Assembly: GCA_019661855.1 (NCBI GenBank)
Contig: JAIFWM010000007.1
Coordinates: 1 to 32,362, forward strand
Direction of reading: 5' to 3'
Length of the DNA: 32,362 bases
DNA from: Candidatus Parcubacteria bacterium
GTDB taxonomy: Bacteria; Patescibacteriota; Minisyncoccia; Phycocordibacterales; SBAW01
Under the pieces are notes generated by a model that saw only the letters and a list, made by a program, of their open reading frames with translations, was not told where the DNA came from and made no database searches. Positions 1 through 7,525 of the stretch are shown in pieces. The position numbers and the translations under genes were made by a program. How positions within the stretch are numbered: the first letter of the stretch is position 1; each line of letters starts with the position of its first letter.

Positions 1-278
1 TGGTTTCAGCCCCGCTCGTAAAAATGGTGGTGCAAGGAGTGCACGCAGTAGACATGGTGCGCAAGATTGTGGGCCCAACCATGCCATACCTAGCGGAGAT
101 GGGGACCATACGAGGCGACTTTTCAGCAGACTCGGCAATATCTGCAAACATCGAAAAGCGCGCGATCTATAACCTCATGCATGCTTCAGAAACTCCTGAG
201 GAAGCAAAACACGAAATACAGCACTGGTTTGGAAAAAAAACTATCTTTAAATACAAGCGTTTTGGAGTCGACGAATAG
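1..278 (+). CDS. ndk: nucleoside-diphosphate kinase, C-terminal part (5' end outside window)
   Basis: The frame is open from the window edge to TAG 276-278. The product ...GTIRGDF...IYNLMHASETPEEA... matches the NDK catalytic-His region (NxxH[AG]S). Confidence 0.8.
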   Translation, partial: VSAPLVKMVVQGVHAVDMVRKIVGPTMPYLAEMGTIRGDFSADSAISANIEKRAIYNLMHASETPEEAKHEIQHWFGKKTIFKYKRFGVDE

Positions 279-297
279 GTTTTGATATAATAGAGGA

Positions 298-446
298 GGA
301 TGGCGCAGGCAAATGTCCTTAAAGTGTTTCAAGGGAGCTCGAAGGCGGTCATGCCTTGGTATGACGATAGAGCGCCCACTTATATACAATGAGACACTTG
401 CCTGCGACGTCCACAAAGAAATTCATCCGGAAGGGTGGATTTTTTT
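298..446 (+). ncRNA. candidate structured RNA or leader, unclassified
   Basis: An extended -10 box TGATATAAT lies at 283-291. A perfect 9-bp long-range helix pairs 304-312 with 398-406 and extends to 298-302/408-412 after one mismatch. Nested helices lie at 333-339/371-377 and 348-352/361-365. A T7 run lies at 440-446. A 30-codon ORF (300-392) overlaps and is an alternative reading. Confidence 0.3.
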
Positions 447-461
447 GTTACAATGACATAA

Positions 462-1814
462 ATGCAGTCAACGCTACATTTTGTTGGAGGAGCAGAAGCC
501 GTTACTGGCTCAAATTTTTTACTTGAGGATGGTGACAATAAAGTTTTAATAGACTGCGGGCTATACCAAGGTGGACACGCCTGTGACGAAACCAACTGGA
601 GTGTATTTCCGTACGACCCAAAAAGCATTTCGACGCTTATTGTCACCCATGCGCATATCGACCACATCGGTCGCATCCCCCGATTAGTAAAAGAGGGTTT
701 TAAAGGCACTATCATATCAACCGAAGCAACAAAGGCTCTGGTTAAACCACTGCTTGAGGATGCGCTCGAGCTCCTCGCGCGTGAGGCTCACCGCTGCGGT
801 CGTGAGCCCTTGTATGAAAAAAAGGATATTGCCGCGGCAATGAAACTGTGGAAAGGAATTCCGTACCATGAAGAAAAAAAGTTAGTAGACTTTACTCTCA
901 CCTTGCTAAACTCTGGTCATATTTTAGGCTCGGCAATGGCCAAGCTTGAGAGGGGAGGTAAGAGAATTATATTCACTGGAGACTTGGGCGGCGGCAACTC
1001 GCCACTCCTTTCGCTCGCAGAGCATATAGAGACCGACTATTTGGTGATGGAGAGCGTCTATGGCGACCGTGTACGCAAAGAGGACGTTGACCGTCGCGAG
1101 CAGCTTGAAAATATTATCGAAGACACTATTTCGCGTGGCGGTACGCTGCTTATCCCGGCATTTTCGACCGAGCGCACCCAAGATCTTTTTTATGAAATTC
1201 GCACGCTCATGGTGGAGAAGCGTATACCCCAAGTGCCGGTATATGCAGACTCGCCTTTGGCCGAAAAGATCACCGAGGCATATTTAAAATATCCGGAGTA
1301 CTTTAACGACAAAATTCGCAAACTCGTTGAGGGTGGCACAAATATATTTGAATTCCCCGAGCTTCACTATGTGAAAGACGCAGAGGAGTCGCGCACCATT
1401 GCTGCTAAACCAGGGCCTAAAATTATCATTGCAGGCTCCGGAATGAGCAATGGAGGGCGTATTTTAGAACATGACAAACATGTATTGCCAGACAAAAATT
1501 CAACCCTCCTTATCGTAGGTTACCAAGCAGCGGGCTCACTTGGCAGAAGGCTTATTGAGGGAGAAAAACAAGTCACTATCATGCATGAAAAGGTGGCGGT
1601 GCGTTGCCGCATCGAAGCAAACTTTGGCTACTCGGCACACATGGATGGGGAAGAGCTTTTAGAGTTTGTAAACAAAGCAAAACCGGTGAAGCAAATTTTT
1701 GTCGTGATGGGTGAGCCAATGGCATCAAGCACACTAGTGCAGCGCATCCGTGATTTTTTGGGACTTCGTGCCACAGCGCCTGACATGGGAGATAAAGTTA
1801 CACTCGAGTTATAA
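462..1814 (+). CDS. MBL-fold beta-CASP family RNA-metabolising hydrolase (RNase J/CPSF-like)
   Basis: 450-aa ORF with an HAHIDHIG (HxHxDH) motif plus TGDLG, ESVYGDR and GYSAHMD motifs typical of beta-CASP nucleases. The -10-like TGTTACAAT (446-454) ends 7 nt before the ATG. No SD. Confidence 0.9.
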   Translation: MQSTLHFVGGAEAVTGSNFLLEDGDNKVLIDCGLYQGGHACDETNWSVFPYDPKSISTLIVTHAHIDHIGRIPRLVKEGFKGTIISTEATKALVKPLLEDALELLAREAHRCGREPLYEKKDIAAAMKLWKGIPYHEEKKLVDFTLTLLNSGHILGSAMAKLERGGKRIIFTGDLGGGNSPLLSLAEHIETDYLVMESVYGDRVRKEDVDRREQLENIIEDTISRGGTLLIPAFSTERTQDLFYEIRTLMVEKRIPQVPVYADSPLAEKITEAYLKYPEYFNDKIRKLVEGGTNIFEFPELHYVKDAEESRTIAAKPGPKIIIAGSGMSNGGRILEHDKHVLPDKNSTLLIVGYQAAGSLGRRLIEGEKQVTIMHEKVAVRCRIEANFGYSAHMDGEELLEFVNKAKPVKQIFVVMGEPMASSTLVQRIRDFLGLRATAPDMGDKVTLEL

Positions 1815-1821
1815 TAAAAAT

Positions 1822-2463
1822 ATGGATCTTAAATCTCAGGCAAGGCTTAGCAGCGACATTGTTGATCCTAAAGGAGAACATCTGCATCTCAAACTCTGTG
1901 TTTCAGGCGCAGCGGAAACTGGACACTGTGGGATTGATGCGTATGACAAAGGACTTGAACTGGGGCGACAGATAGCCAAGCATGATGCAGTACTTGTAAC
2001 GGGTGCTACGACTGGCTTTCCCTTATGGGCGGCAATGGGTGCCAAGGAAGCAGGGGGGTTTGTTGTTGGTTTTTCGCCAGCGAACTCTGAAAAAGAGCAT
2101 ATTGAGATGTATAACCTGCCGGTTGAATACCATGACTTAATAATTTACACCGGTTTTGGTTACCCAGGACGAGATCTCATACTCACGCGCTCGTCGGATG
2201 GTGTATTTTTTGGCTGTGGACGCATTGGTACGATACACGAGTTTACTATTTCCTTTGAAGATCAAAAGCCAATTGGCATCTATGAGGCTGACTGGGAAAC
2301 TGACGAAGTGATTCGCAACATGCTCGAGAAGGGGCATCGCCCCAATGACCGTATCGTCTTTGATAAAGACCCTAAAGTGTTAGTCGAGAAGGTGATTGAG
2401 CTTGTTAAAAAAGATAAAATAAACCGCGCCTCATTTCGTTTTAAAGGAACCGACGAAGCATAA
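1822..2463 (+). CDS. TIGR00725 / LOG-like (SLOG) Rossmann-fold nucleotide-binding protein
   Basis: I chose ATG 1822 because the ORF-track start 1750 would overlap the upstream gene. The motifs VTGATTG...GGFVVGFSP and GCGRIGTIHE resemble the TIGR00725/LOG family. TATAAT 1810-1815 lies 6 nt before the ATG. Confidence 0.75.
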   Translation: MDLKSQARLSSDIVDPKGEHLHLKLCVSGAAETGHCGIDAYDKGLELGRQIAKHDAVLVTGATTGFPLWAAMGAKEAGGFVVGFSPANSEKEHIEMYNLPVEYHDLIIYTGFGYPGRDLILTRSSDGVFFGCGRIGTIHEFTISFEDQKPIGIYEADWETDEVIRNMLEKGHRPNDRIVFDKDPKVLVEKVIELVKKDKINRASFRFKGTDEA

Positions 2464-2464
2464 C

Positions 2465-2493
2465 AAAAACCCCAGCCTAAGGCTGGGGTTTTT
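2465..2493. terminator. bidirectional intrinsic terminator between convergent genes
   Basis: AAAAACCCCAGCC-taa-GGCTGGGGTTTTT: a 9-bp GC-rich stem flanked by an A-run and a T-run. Confidence 0.85.
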
Positions 2494-2495
2494 GT

Positions 2496-2846
2496 TTAGA
2501 CTACTTGTTTAACCAAGCGGGAGAAGGATTCAGGAGATTTGTCGGCGAGCTCTGCAAGCATCTTGCGGTTTATGAGGATGCCTTTCTTATTTAAGGTACC
2601 GATAAACTTTGAGTATGAAAGCTTTTCGTCTACCAAGTGAAGGCCTGCGTTGAGGCGGACGCTCCAAAGACGACGAAAGTCGTTCTTTTTGTCGCGGCGG
2701 TGAGCAAAAGCGTGCTTGCCTGCATGAAAGATAGCTTCTTTTGCTTGGCGCTTCTTGGTTGAACGACCATGGCGGTAGCCTTTGGTCATTGCCAAGATAT
2801 TCTTTCGACGTTTATTTGAAGTTGTTCCTCCTTTTACACGTGCCAT
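2496..2846 (-). CDS. rplT: 50S ribosomal protein L20
   Basis: MARVKGG...KGYRHGRS...FRRLWSVRLNA is a typical L20 sequence. The gene lies 3 nt downstream of rpmI. Confidence 0.97.
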   Translation of the reverse strand: MARVKGGTTSNKRRKNILAMTKGYRHGRSTKKRQAKEAIFHAGKHAFAHRRDKKNDFRRLWSVRLNAGLHLVDEKLSYSKFIGTLNKKGILINRKMLAELADKSPESFSRLVKQVV

Positions 2847-2849
2847 ATA

Positions 2850-3050
2850 TTAGTTCTTAGATGGGGAAGCGGTAGTAATGTAGCGCTGCATCACCTTAGG
2901 AGAGAAGCTAAGGTTTTGGCTACGGCTCTGGTTCATTTGGCTTTTACGGCTCTCTTTAGCATTAAAATGATTCTGGCCCGGCTTGCGCGCAACAAGTTTC
3001 CCCCTGCGGGTAATCTTGATTCGTTTGGTGAATGATTTGTTTGTTTTCAT
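2850..3050 (-). CDS. rpmI: 50S ribosomal protein L35
   Basis: MKTNKSFTKRIKITRRGKLVARKPGQNH... is a typical L35 sequence, in the conserved infC-rpmI-rplT order. Confidence 0.95.
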   Translation of the reverse strand: MKTNKSFTKRIKITRRGKLVARKPGQNHFNAKESRKSQMNQSRSQNLSFSPKVMQRYITTASPSKN

Positions 3051-3085
3051 AAATTCTTATTTATCCTGAGCTTGTCGAAGGATTA
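3048..3085 (-). promoter_or_regulatory. hairpin + A/U-rich spacer + AUG module, copy A (infC|rpmI junction)
   Basis: The minus-strand read is TAATCCTTCGACAAGCTCAGGATAAATAAGAATTTATG. The stem is ATCCT/AGGAT and the loop is TCGACAAGCTC. It is 33/38 identical to 16374-16403 on the plus strand. Confidence 0.45.
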
Positions 3086-3598
3086 TTTCGATTTGCCTCC
3101 TCGCTCGATAACTGTGGAGAGACCTTTGGGGCTCTTGGCGACAGGGTCGGCTATTTTATATTCCGTAGGGATCAACTTGAGAAACTTCTCGAGTCGCTCC
3201 TTAAGGAAACCGAATTCCATGTACTTGTACCGCCCCCATAAAAACAGGTCTACCTTAACTCGGTGTCCCTCCCCAAGCCACTCGGCGGTCTTTTTAGCCT
3301 TTAGGGCCAAATCGTGATCACCTGTGCCTATCTTTACCTGGACCGATTTGGTCTCGGTGGTATGGGATTTAGCCTTAATTTCTCGGCGTTTTTTCTCCTG
3401 TTCGTACTGGAATTTACCATATTCCATGATCTTTGCAACTGGGGGGACGGCGTTTGGGCTTATCTCTATAAGGTCCAAACCAACCTCCTCGGCACGCGAA
3501 ATAGCCTCGGAAAGGGACAAAACCCCAAAGTTCTCCCCCTCGGGGCCAATAACCCGCACCTCGCTCGAGCGTATCTGATGATTGATCCTAGTATCCAA
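3083..3598 (-). CDS. infC: translation initiation factor IF-3
   Basis: INHQIRSSEVRVIGPEGENFGVLSLSEAISRAEEVGLDLIEISPNAVPPVAKIMEYGKF matches IF-3. The only start after the in-frame TAG is TTG 3598, and a non-AUG start is usual for infC. TGGTATAGT (3616-3608) lies 9 nt upstream. Confidence 0.93.
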   Translation of the reverse strand: MDTRINHQIRSSEVRVIGPEGENFGVLSLSEAISRAEEVGLDLIEISPNAVPPVAKIMEYGKFQYEQEKKRREIKAKSHTTETKSVQVKIGTGDHDLALKAKKTAEWLGEGHRVKVDLFLWGRYKYMEFGFLKERLEKFLKLIPTEYKIADPVAKSPKGLSTVIERGGKSK

Positions 3599-3645
3599 GT
3601 GCTAGACACTATACCATTTTGCTTATAATTTTTGAAGGGCAAAAG

Positions 3646-3673
3646 AAAACCCCGGCCATATGGCCGGGGTTTT
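3646..3673 (-). terminator. intrinsic terminator after the 695-aa surface protein gene
   Basis: Perfect palindrome AAAACCCCGGCCATATGGCCGGGGTTTT, followed on the minus strand by TTTTCTTTT. Confidence 0.85.
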
Positions 3674-3689
3674 CAAAAGGGAGATTCCT

Positions 3690-5777
3690 TTATTTCTTTT
3701 TATCCCAATTGAAGAGATCATGGAGGTCGCGGTACGAGCGGTCGATTTCGCGGTTAGCGCGGTCATCGTTGTCATCGCCGTGATACTCATGGTCGTCATG
3801 ATCGTCGTGGTCATTGCGATCGTGGTCAAACTTCAAGAGGTCAAAGCATGACTTAAAGGCTTTGTTGAAATCGTTCTTATCTTTGATCCACTTGTTGTTG
3901 TAAGCATCCGTGATATCGGAGACACACGTGCCAATGCCAGGACCTATACGGAAGGATACTGACGCTGAACCAACGTTTCCAAACTTATCTGTGGCAACAA
4001 CTTTTACAGTAGAGGTACCCATGCGTGCTTTATTGAACGGAATGTCGTACGCCGGGTTAAACTGCGTATCGTTAAGATACCACTTGGTACTCGATATTGG
4101 TGACGCGTCGGTAATAGTTGCTGTAGCTTTAATATTTTCGTTGCGCTTGTAGAGCTTATTTGCTTTTGGATTAGTAATGTTGATAACCGGTCCTTGCGTG
4201 TCTGTTGGTGCAGGGGCTTGGATGATAAACGAAACACTTGTCGACGCTTTGTTGCCGTACACGTCTGTGGCTGTGACTACCATTTTAGCTGTGCCTGCGG
4301 CTACTGAGTTAAGCGGCAAAGGCTGCGCTGGATTAATAAGCATGCCATTGAGTTCAAAGGTCGAAGTTGCTACACCCGAAGCGTCAGTAATAGTGGCTAG
4401 CGGTACAACGCTCGCAGTGTTTAGGTAGGTCTGACCTGCGACTGGGTTGGTAATAGTAATGGTTGGAGCAGTTACGTCTGGCGCTTTAAGTGTGAAGGTC
4501 ACGGTAGTTGATGCCGCGTTGCCGTATGCATCAGTTGCGCTCACCGAAACTGTAGCAAGTCCCAGTGGTGCCGAGAGAAGGGGGAGAGGCTGTGATTGAT
4601 CAATCTCAACACCATTAAATGAATATGCTGTTGCTACTATAGGCGAAGCGTCGGTGACATTAGCTGTTGCAAAGAGTGATGCAGTGTTGAAATACTGACC
4701 ACCCTGTGCTGGGCTCGTAATAGTAACGGTTGGAGGAATGAGGTCAGGCGAGACGATAGTAAACGTGCTTGTTGCATACCCGATGTTGCCATACGCATCT
4801 GTTGCAGAGACTACCAACAAAGCTCCGCCAAGAGGGAAGCTTGTAAGAGGCACTGCAGCTGAGCCGTCAATACCCACGCCATTCAATTTGTAGGTAGAGG
4901 TAGCAATTGCTGAAGCGTCGGTAAAGGTGGCATCGATAAATATAATTTCGTTTTGCAAGTGACTCGAGCCTTGAGCTGGTGCGTTAATAACGACCTCCGG
5001 TGCTACTGGGTCAGGCGAGACAATGTTAAAAGTACTCGTTGCGTACCCGGTGTTGCCCGCAGAGTCGGTTGCTGCAACTACGAGAGTCGCGCTCCCGAGC
5101 GGGTAGTCACTAAAATGAAACGCTGCATCGCCGTCAATAACAACCCCGTTAACTTTGTAGGTGGTATTAACAATTGGCGAAGCGTCGGTCACGTTGGTAG
5201 CGATGAAATCAATCCGACTTTGCAAGTAGCTCTCACCGTTTAAGGGATTGCTGATCTCTATCACAGGGGCTGCAGTGTCTGCAGGAGGAAGTTCATCTCC
5301 AGCCCATTTGAATGCGAGTGATGTGTAATCCTCGGCGGGGATACCAACACCAGTTCTAAAGTATGTATCGCTATCAGTAACTCCTTGTTCAGTTGATGTG
5401 CTATATGCCACTGCAAAGAAATTGTCTCCAGGAGTATTGTTAGTGCCAAATGAGTTTGGTGTCGTGCGAAGTGATGAGATAGGCAACCCAACTGTTGCGT
5501 CCTGATTGACTAAAGTAGCGTTACCGATCACTCCTCTGTACACGGCTAAAATTTTAAACAGTTGAGTTTGTGGGAGAGTGTAATGACAGGTGCCGTTGTG
5601 AGTAGGAGCATATGAGCCTCCTTCGACAAATGGATCAGCATACGGAGCACAATAAAAGCTAAACGGTTGTGGGGTGGTGGTCGGAGTGTCTAGATCTGCT
5701 GCGATATCTGCTAAAGCTGGAAACGTAAATATAAAAAACACTGTTAATGCTGTTAAAATCCCCGATATTTTTCTCAT
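3690..5777 (-). CDS. secreted/cell-surface protein with five tandem Ig-like repeats and a His/Asp-rich C-terminal tail
   Basis: 695-aa ORF. It has an N-terminal signal-like segment (ILTALTVFFIFTFPALA) and five repeats of about 88 aa between aa ~168 and 612, each with ...I.SP..G..Y......ATA.VTDASP...T.Y..NG..I.......PLG.AT..V.ATD.YGN...T.V.F.... The tail is DHDRNDHDDHDDHEYHGDDNDD. Confidence 0.85.
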   Translation of the reverse strand: MRKISGILTALTVFFIFTFPALADIAADLDTPTTTPQPFSFYCAPYADPFVEGGSYAPTHNGTCHYTLPQTQLFKILAVYRGVIGNATLVNQDATVGLPISSLRTTPNSFGTNNTPGDNFFAVAYSTSTEQGVTDSDTYFRTGVGIPAEDYTSLAFKWAGDELPPADTAAPVIEISNPLNGESYLQSRIDFIATNVTDASPIVNTTYKVNGVVIDGDAAFHFSDYPLGSATLVVAATDSAGNTGYATSTFNIVSPDPVAPEVVINAPAQGSSHLQNEIIFIDATFTDASAIATSTYKLNGVGIDGSAAVPLTSFPLGGALLVVSATDAYGNIGYATSTFTIVSPDLIPPTVTITSPAQGGQYFNTASLFATANVTDASPIVATAYSFNGVEIDQSQPLPLLSAPLGLATVSVSATDAYGNAASTTVTFTLKAPDVTAPTITITNPVAGQTYLNTASVVPLATITDASGVATSTFELNGMLINPAQPLPLNSVAAGTAKMVVTATDVYGNKASTSVSFIIQAPAPTDTQGPVINITNPKANKLYKRNENIKATATITDASPISSTKWYLNDTQFNPAYDIPFNKARMGTSTVKVVATDKFGNVGSASVSFRIGPGIGTCVSDITDAYNNKWIKDKNDFNKAFKSCFDLLKFDHDRNDHDDHDDHEYHGDDNDDRANREIDRSYRDLHDLFNWDKKK
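3942..5276 (-). repeat. five tandem ~264-nt coding repeats (Ig-like/beta-sandwich modules)
   Basis: The periodicity is seen in the translated sequence (recurring motifs TDASPI, NGV.ID, PLG.A, ATD.YGN). The copies have diverged and are not identical at the DNA level. Confidence 0.7.
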
Positions 5778-5799
5778 GACCCCAGACTAGCACGTTTTT

Positions 5800-6507
5800 C
5801 TAAGGTGCCAAGGTCACGGTTTGGGAGGCACGGGTATTACTCCAAAGCCCGAGTGCTTCGACGCGAGTCTCGAGGCCCGAGGTAGGCAGACCAAAGCTCC
5901 AAGACACAGTGCCACGTTGGTCGGCCATACGCGTGCCTAAAGCAGAGCCATTAACAAAGAGTGTGACCGGCTCGCCGGGTGCATAGTTTTCACCAAGAGC
6001 TGAGATAGTGCTTCCACGAGGCGCAAAGTAAGTTGATGGGGTGAGTGTTGGATAAAAAGTTCCTACCACTACATTGATAGATATCGGATAGTTGCTTGTG
6101 TTACCAACAACAGAGAAATATTGGCTACTGTCTTCTAGGGAAAAGGGGACATTATAGCTGCCAGCGTTGGTAAAGTTGCCGCTACTGTTAGCTCTCCACG
6201 AAGTAATGTTTTTATTTTTAAGCGAGAGAGTTACGACTTCGCCGGGAGCAAAACCGCTGCCACTAAAAGAAAGTGTGTCACCAGGCACCACGTAGTTGCT
6301 TGAAGGGCTGGCTTTAGGATAGTAGCCCGTGGGTGATGCAGGTTGTGCAGCGTTCGCTACAGGAGCTCCGGTGTTAGGAGCTTTAGGTACGCTTGGAGCT
6401 TGGGGTGTGGCTACAACAGGAGGAATTGTCACTGGCTTTGTCACTAACGCTGCGGGCGTTGGATTATAAGTAAGCAAAAGAAATGGAATAAACCAGTAAG
6501 GATTCAT
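5800..6507 (-). CDS. secreted protein with a Pro/Ala-rich linker and two Ig-like modules
   Basis: 235-aa ORF with a hydrophobic N-terminus (WFIPFLLLTY) and a P/A/T-rich linker. The motif G.T.S..G.G[FY]APGE.VTL occurs twice. The gene lies 22 nt upstream of the 695-aa gene on the same strand. Confidence 0.75.
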   Translation of the reverse strand: MNPYWFIPFLLLTYNPTPAALVTKPVTIPPVVATPQAPSVPKAPNTGAPVANAAQPASPTGYYPKASPSSNYVVPGDTLSFSGSGFAPGEVVTLSLKNKNITSWRANSSGNFTNAGSYNVPFSLEDSSQYFSVVGNTSNYPISINVVVGTFYPTLTPSTYFAPRGSTISALGENYAPGEPVTLFVNGSALGTRMADQRGTVSWSFGLPTSGLETRVEALGLWSNTRASQTVTLAP

Positions 6508-6553
6508 AGGCTCATAGTGCGCGCTCTGTGCTGTAGAAAGGGTGAAAATGTGG

Positions 6554-6582
6554 AACGCCGGCCCTCATGAAAGGCCGGCGTT
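6554..6582 (-). terminator. GC-rich hairpin 10 nt downstream of the tmRNA 3' end
   Basis: AACGCCGGCC-9 nt-GGCCGGCGTT. The T-run is cleaner on the plus-strand side (TTTTATATTT) than on the minus-strand side (TTCCACATTTT), so its direction is uncertain. Confidence 0.45.
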
Positions 6583-6591
6583 TTATATTTG

Positions 6592-6964
6592 TGGAGATGC
6601 CGGGAGTTGAACCCGGGTGCAATCGAAAGTGAATGATGAGTCTACGAGACGTAGAGCATCTTACGTGTCTCGCTCTGTTGTATAAAAGATGCACGAAAGC
6701 ACAACAGAGCAAAGATCAAGTCTTAAGCAGGGGAGAGATCACTTCTCCTGCAGCAACTTACAGTATGACGCCTGACCTCACGCTGGTAAGTACAGCGTAA
6801 GAAGCGACGAGTTAAGCCTTAACGTAGGCGAACTCGAAATCATTCGCCGTAAAGTACGGCGATGCAACTGTTTTGCCAGTTAGAGTTTGGAGCAGTTTAA
6901 AGAATTACCCCAGTTCTGACTCGCACACCAATCACGAATTCAATTGTCTAGGCCTGTCATCCCC
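6592..6964 (-). ncRNA. ssrA: tmRNA (SsrA)
   Basis: The minus strand starts with GGGGATGACAGGCCTAGAC and ends with GGGTTCAACTCCCGGCATCTCCA. The acceptor pairing GGGGATG/CATCTCC includes the G3:U wobble of tRNA-Ala-like domains. The T-arm is CCGGG-TTCAACT-CCCGG. An internal tag frame is present and the gene is adjacent to smpB. CCA is not encoded. Confidence 0.92.
6812..6877 (-). other. tmRNA tag reading frame, predicted tag (A)GKTVASPYFTANDFEFAYVKA
   Basis: TAACTGGCAAAAC precedes and includes the resume codon at tmRNA position ~88, as I recall for Bacillus ssrA. The frame is GGC AAA ACA ... AAG GCT TAA. An alternative resume codon is GCG at 6847 (tag ANDFEFAYVKA). Confidence 0.5.
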
Positions 6965-7015
6965 GAGAAACGCACGACGTTAAACCTGCGCTTTTCGAAA
7001 ACTTCTGACCTACCA

Positions 7016-7462
7016 CTAGTATTTGTTTTTCAAGGTTCTATCTATCTCTCGTTTGGTGTCGCGCTTCTTCAAAGTCTCGCGTTTATCGAATTGTTTCTTG
7101 CCGCGCCCTACACCCAACTCTATCTTTAATTTACTACCCTTATTATACACCCAAAGTGGCACTATTGTCAAGCCCTTCTGCCCCTCAACCTCGCCGAGAC
7201 GTACCAACTCTTTTTTCGTTAAAAGGAGCTTGCGGGTACGGTCTGGGTCATAATCAGCTCTGGTGTTGCTCGGCTGGTAAGGGGGAATGTGCGACCCCAC
7301 TAAGTAAGCCTCACCGTTCCTGATAATTACATGAGCTCCCTCAAGTTTGCCCTGTTTTGCGCGTAAACTCTTAACCTCATAGCCAAAAAGCTCTAAGCCC
7401 GCCTCAAACTGCTCAAGGATTTCATAATTTAACCGCGCCTTTTTATGCTCTATGAGATGCAT
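7016..7462 (-). CDS. smpB: SsrA-binding protein SmpB
   Basis: HKKARLNYEILEQFEAGLELFGYEVKSLR...TRKLLL.KKE matches SmpB. I prefer ATG 7462 over GTG 7471 because TGCTATAGT (7478-7470) sits 7 nt upstream of 7462 and overlaps the GTG. Confidence 0.93.
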   Translation of the reverse strand: MHLIEHKKARLNYEILEQFEAGLELFGYEVKSLRAKQGKLEGAHVIIRNGEAYLVGSHIPPYQPSNTRADYDPDRTRKLLLTKKELVRLGEVEGQKGLTIVPLWVYNKGSKLKIELGVGRGKKQFDKRETLKKRDTKREIDRTLKNKY

Positions 7463-7525
7463 GAGATCCACTATAGCATTCCCTCACTTTATCTTTAGGA
7501 TTAAGCGTTGTAATATAAGCGCACA

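Noticed and set aside
424-446. CCGGAAGG (GGAA tetraloop) resembling the SRP RNA apical loop
   Set aside because: The flanking sequence lacks the conserved SRP domain IV motifs (AGCA / GGAAGCAGCC), and the 5' and 3' arms do not form the SRP rod.
3708-3830. Short-period GAT/GAC/CAT-rich stretch that looks like a microsatellite or mini repeat array
   Set aside because: It is in frame within the 695-aa ORF and encodes the His/Asp-rich tail. It is not a CRISPR-like or non-coding tandem repeat.
6512-6712. 66-aa ORF on the minus strand
   Set aside because: It lies almost entirely inside the tmRNA gene, whose structural elements explain the sequence.
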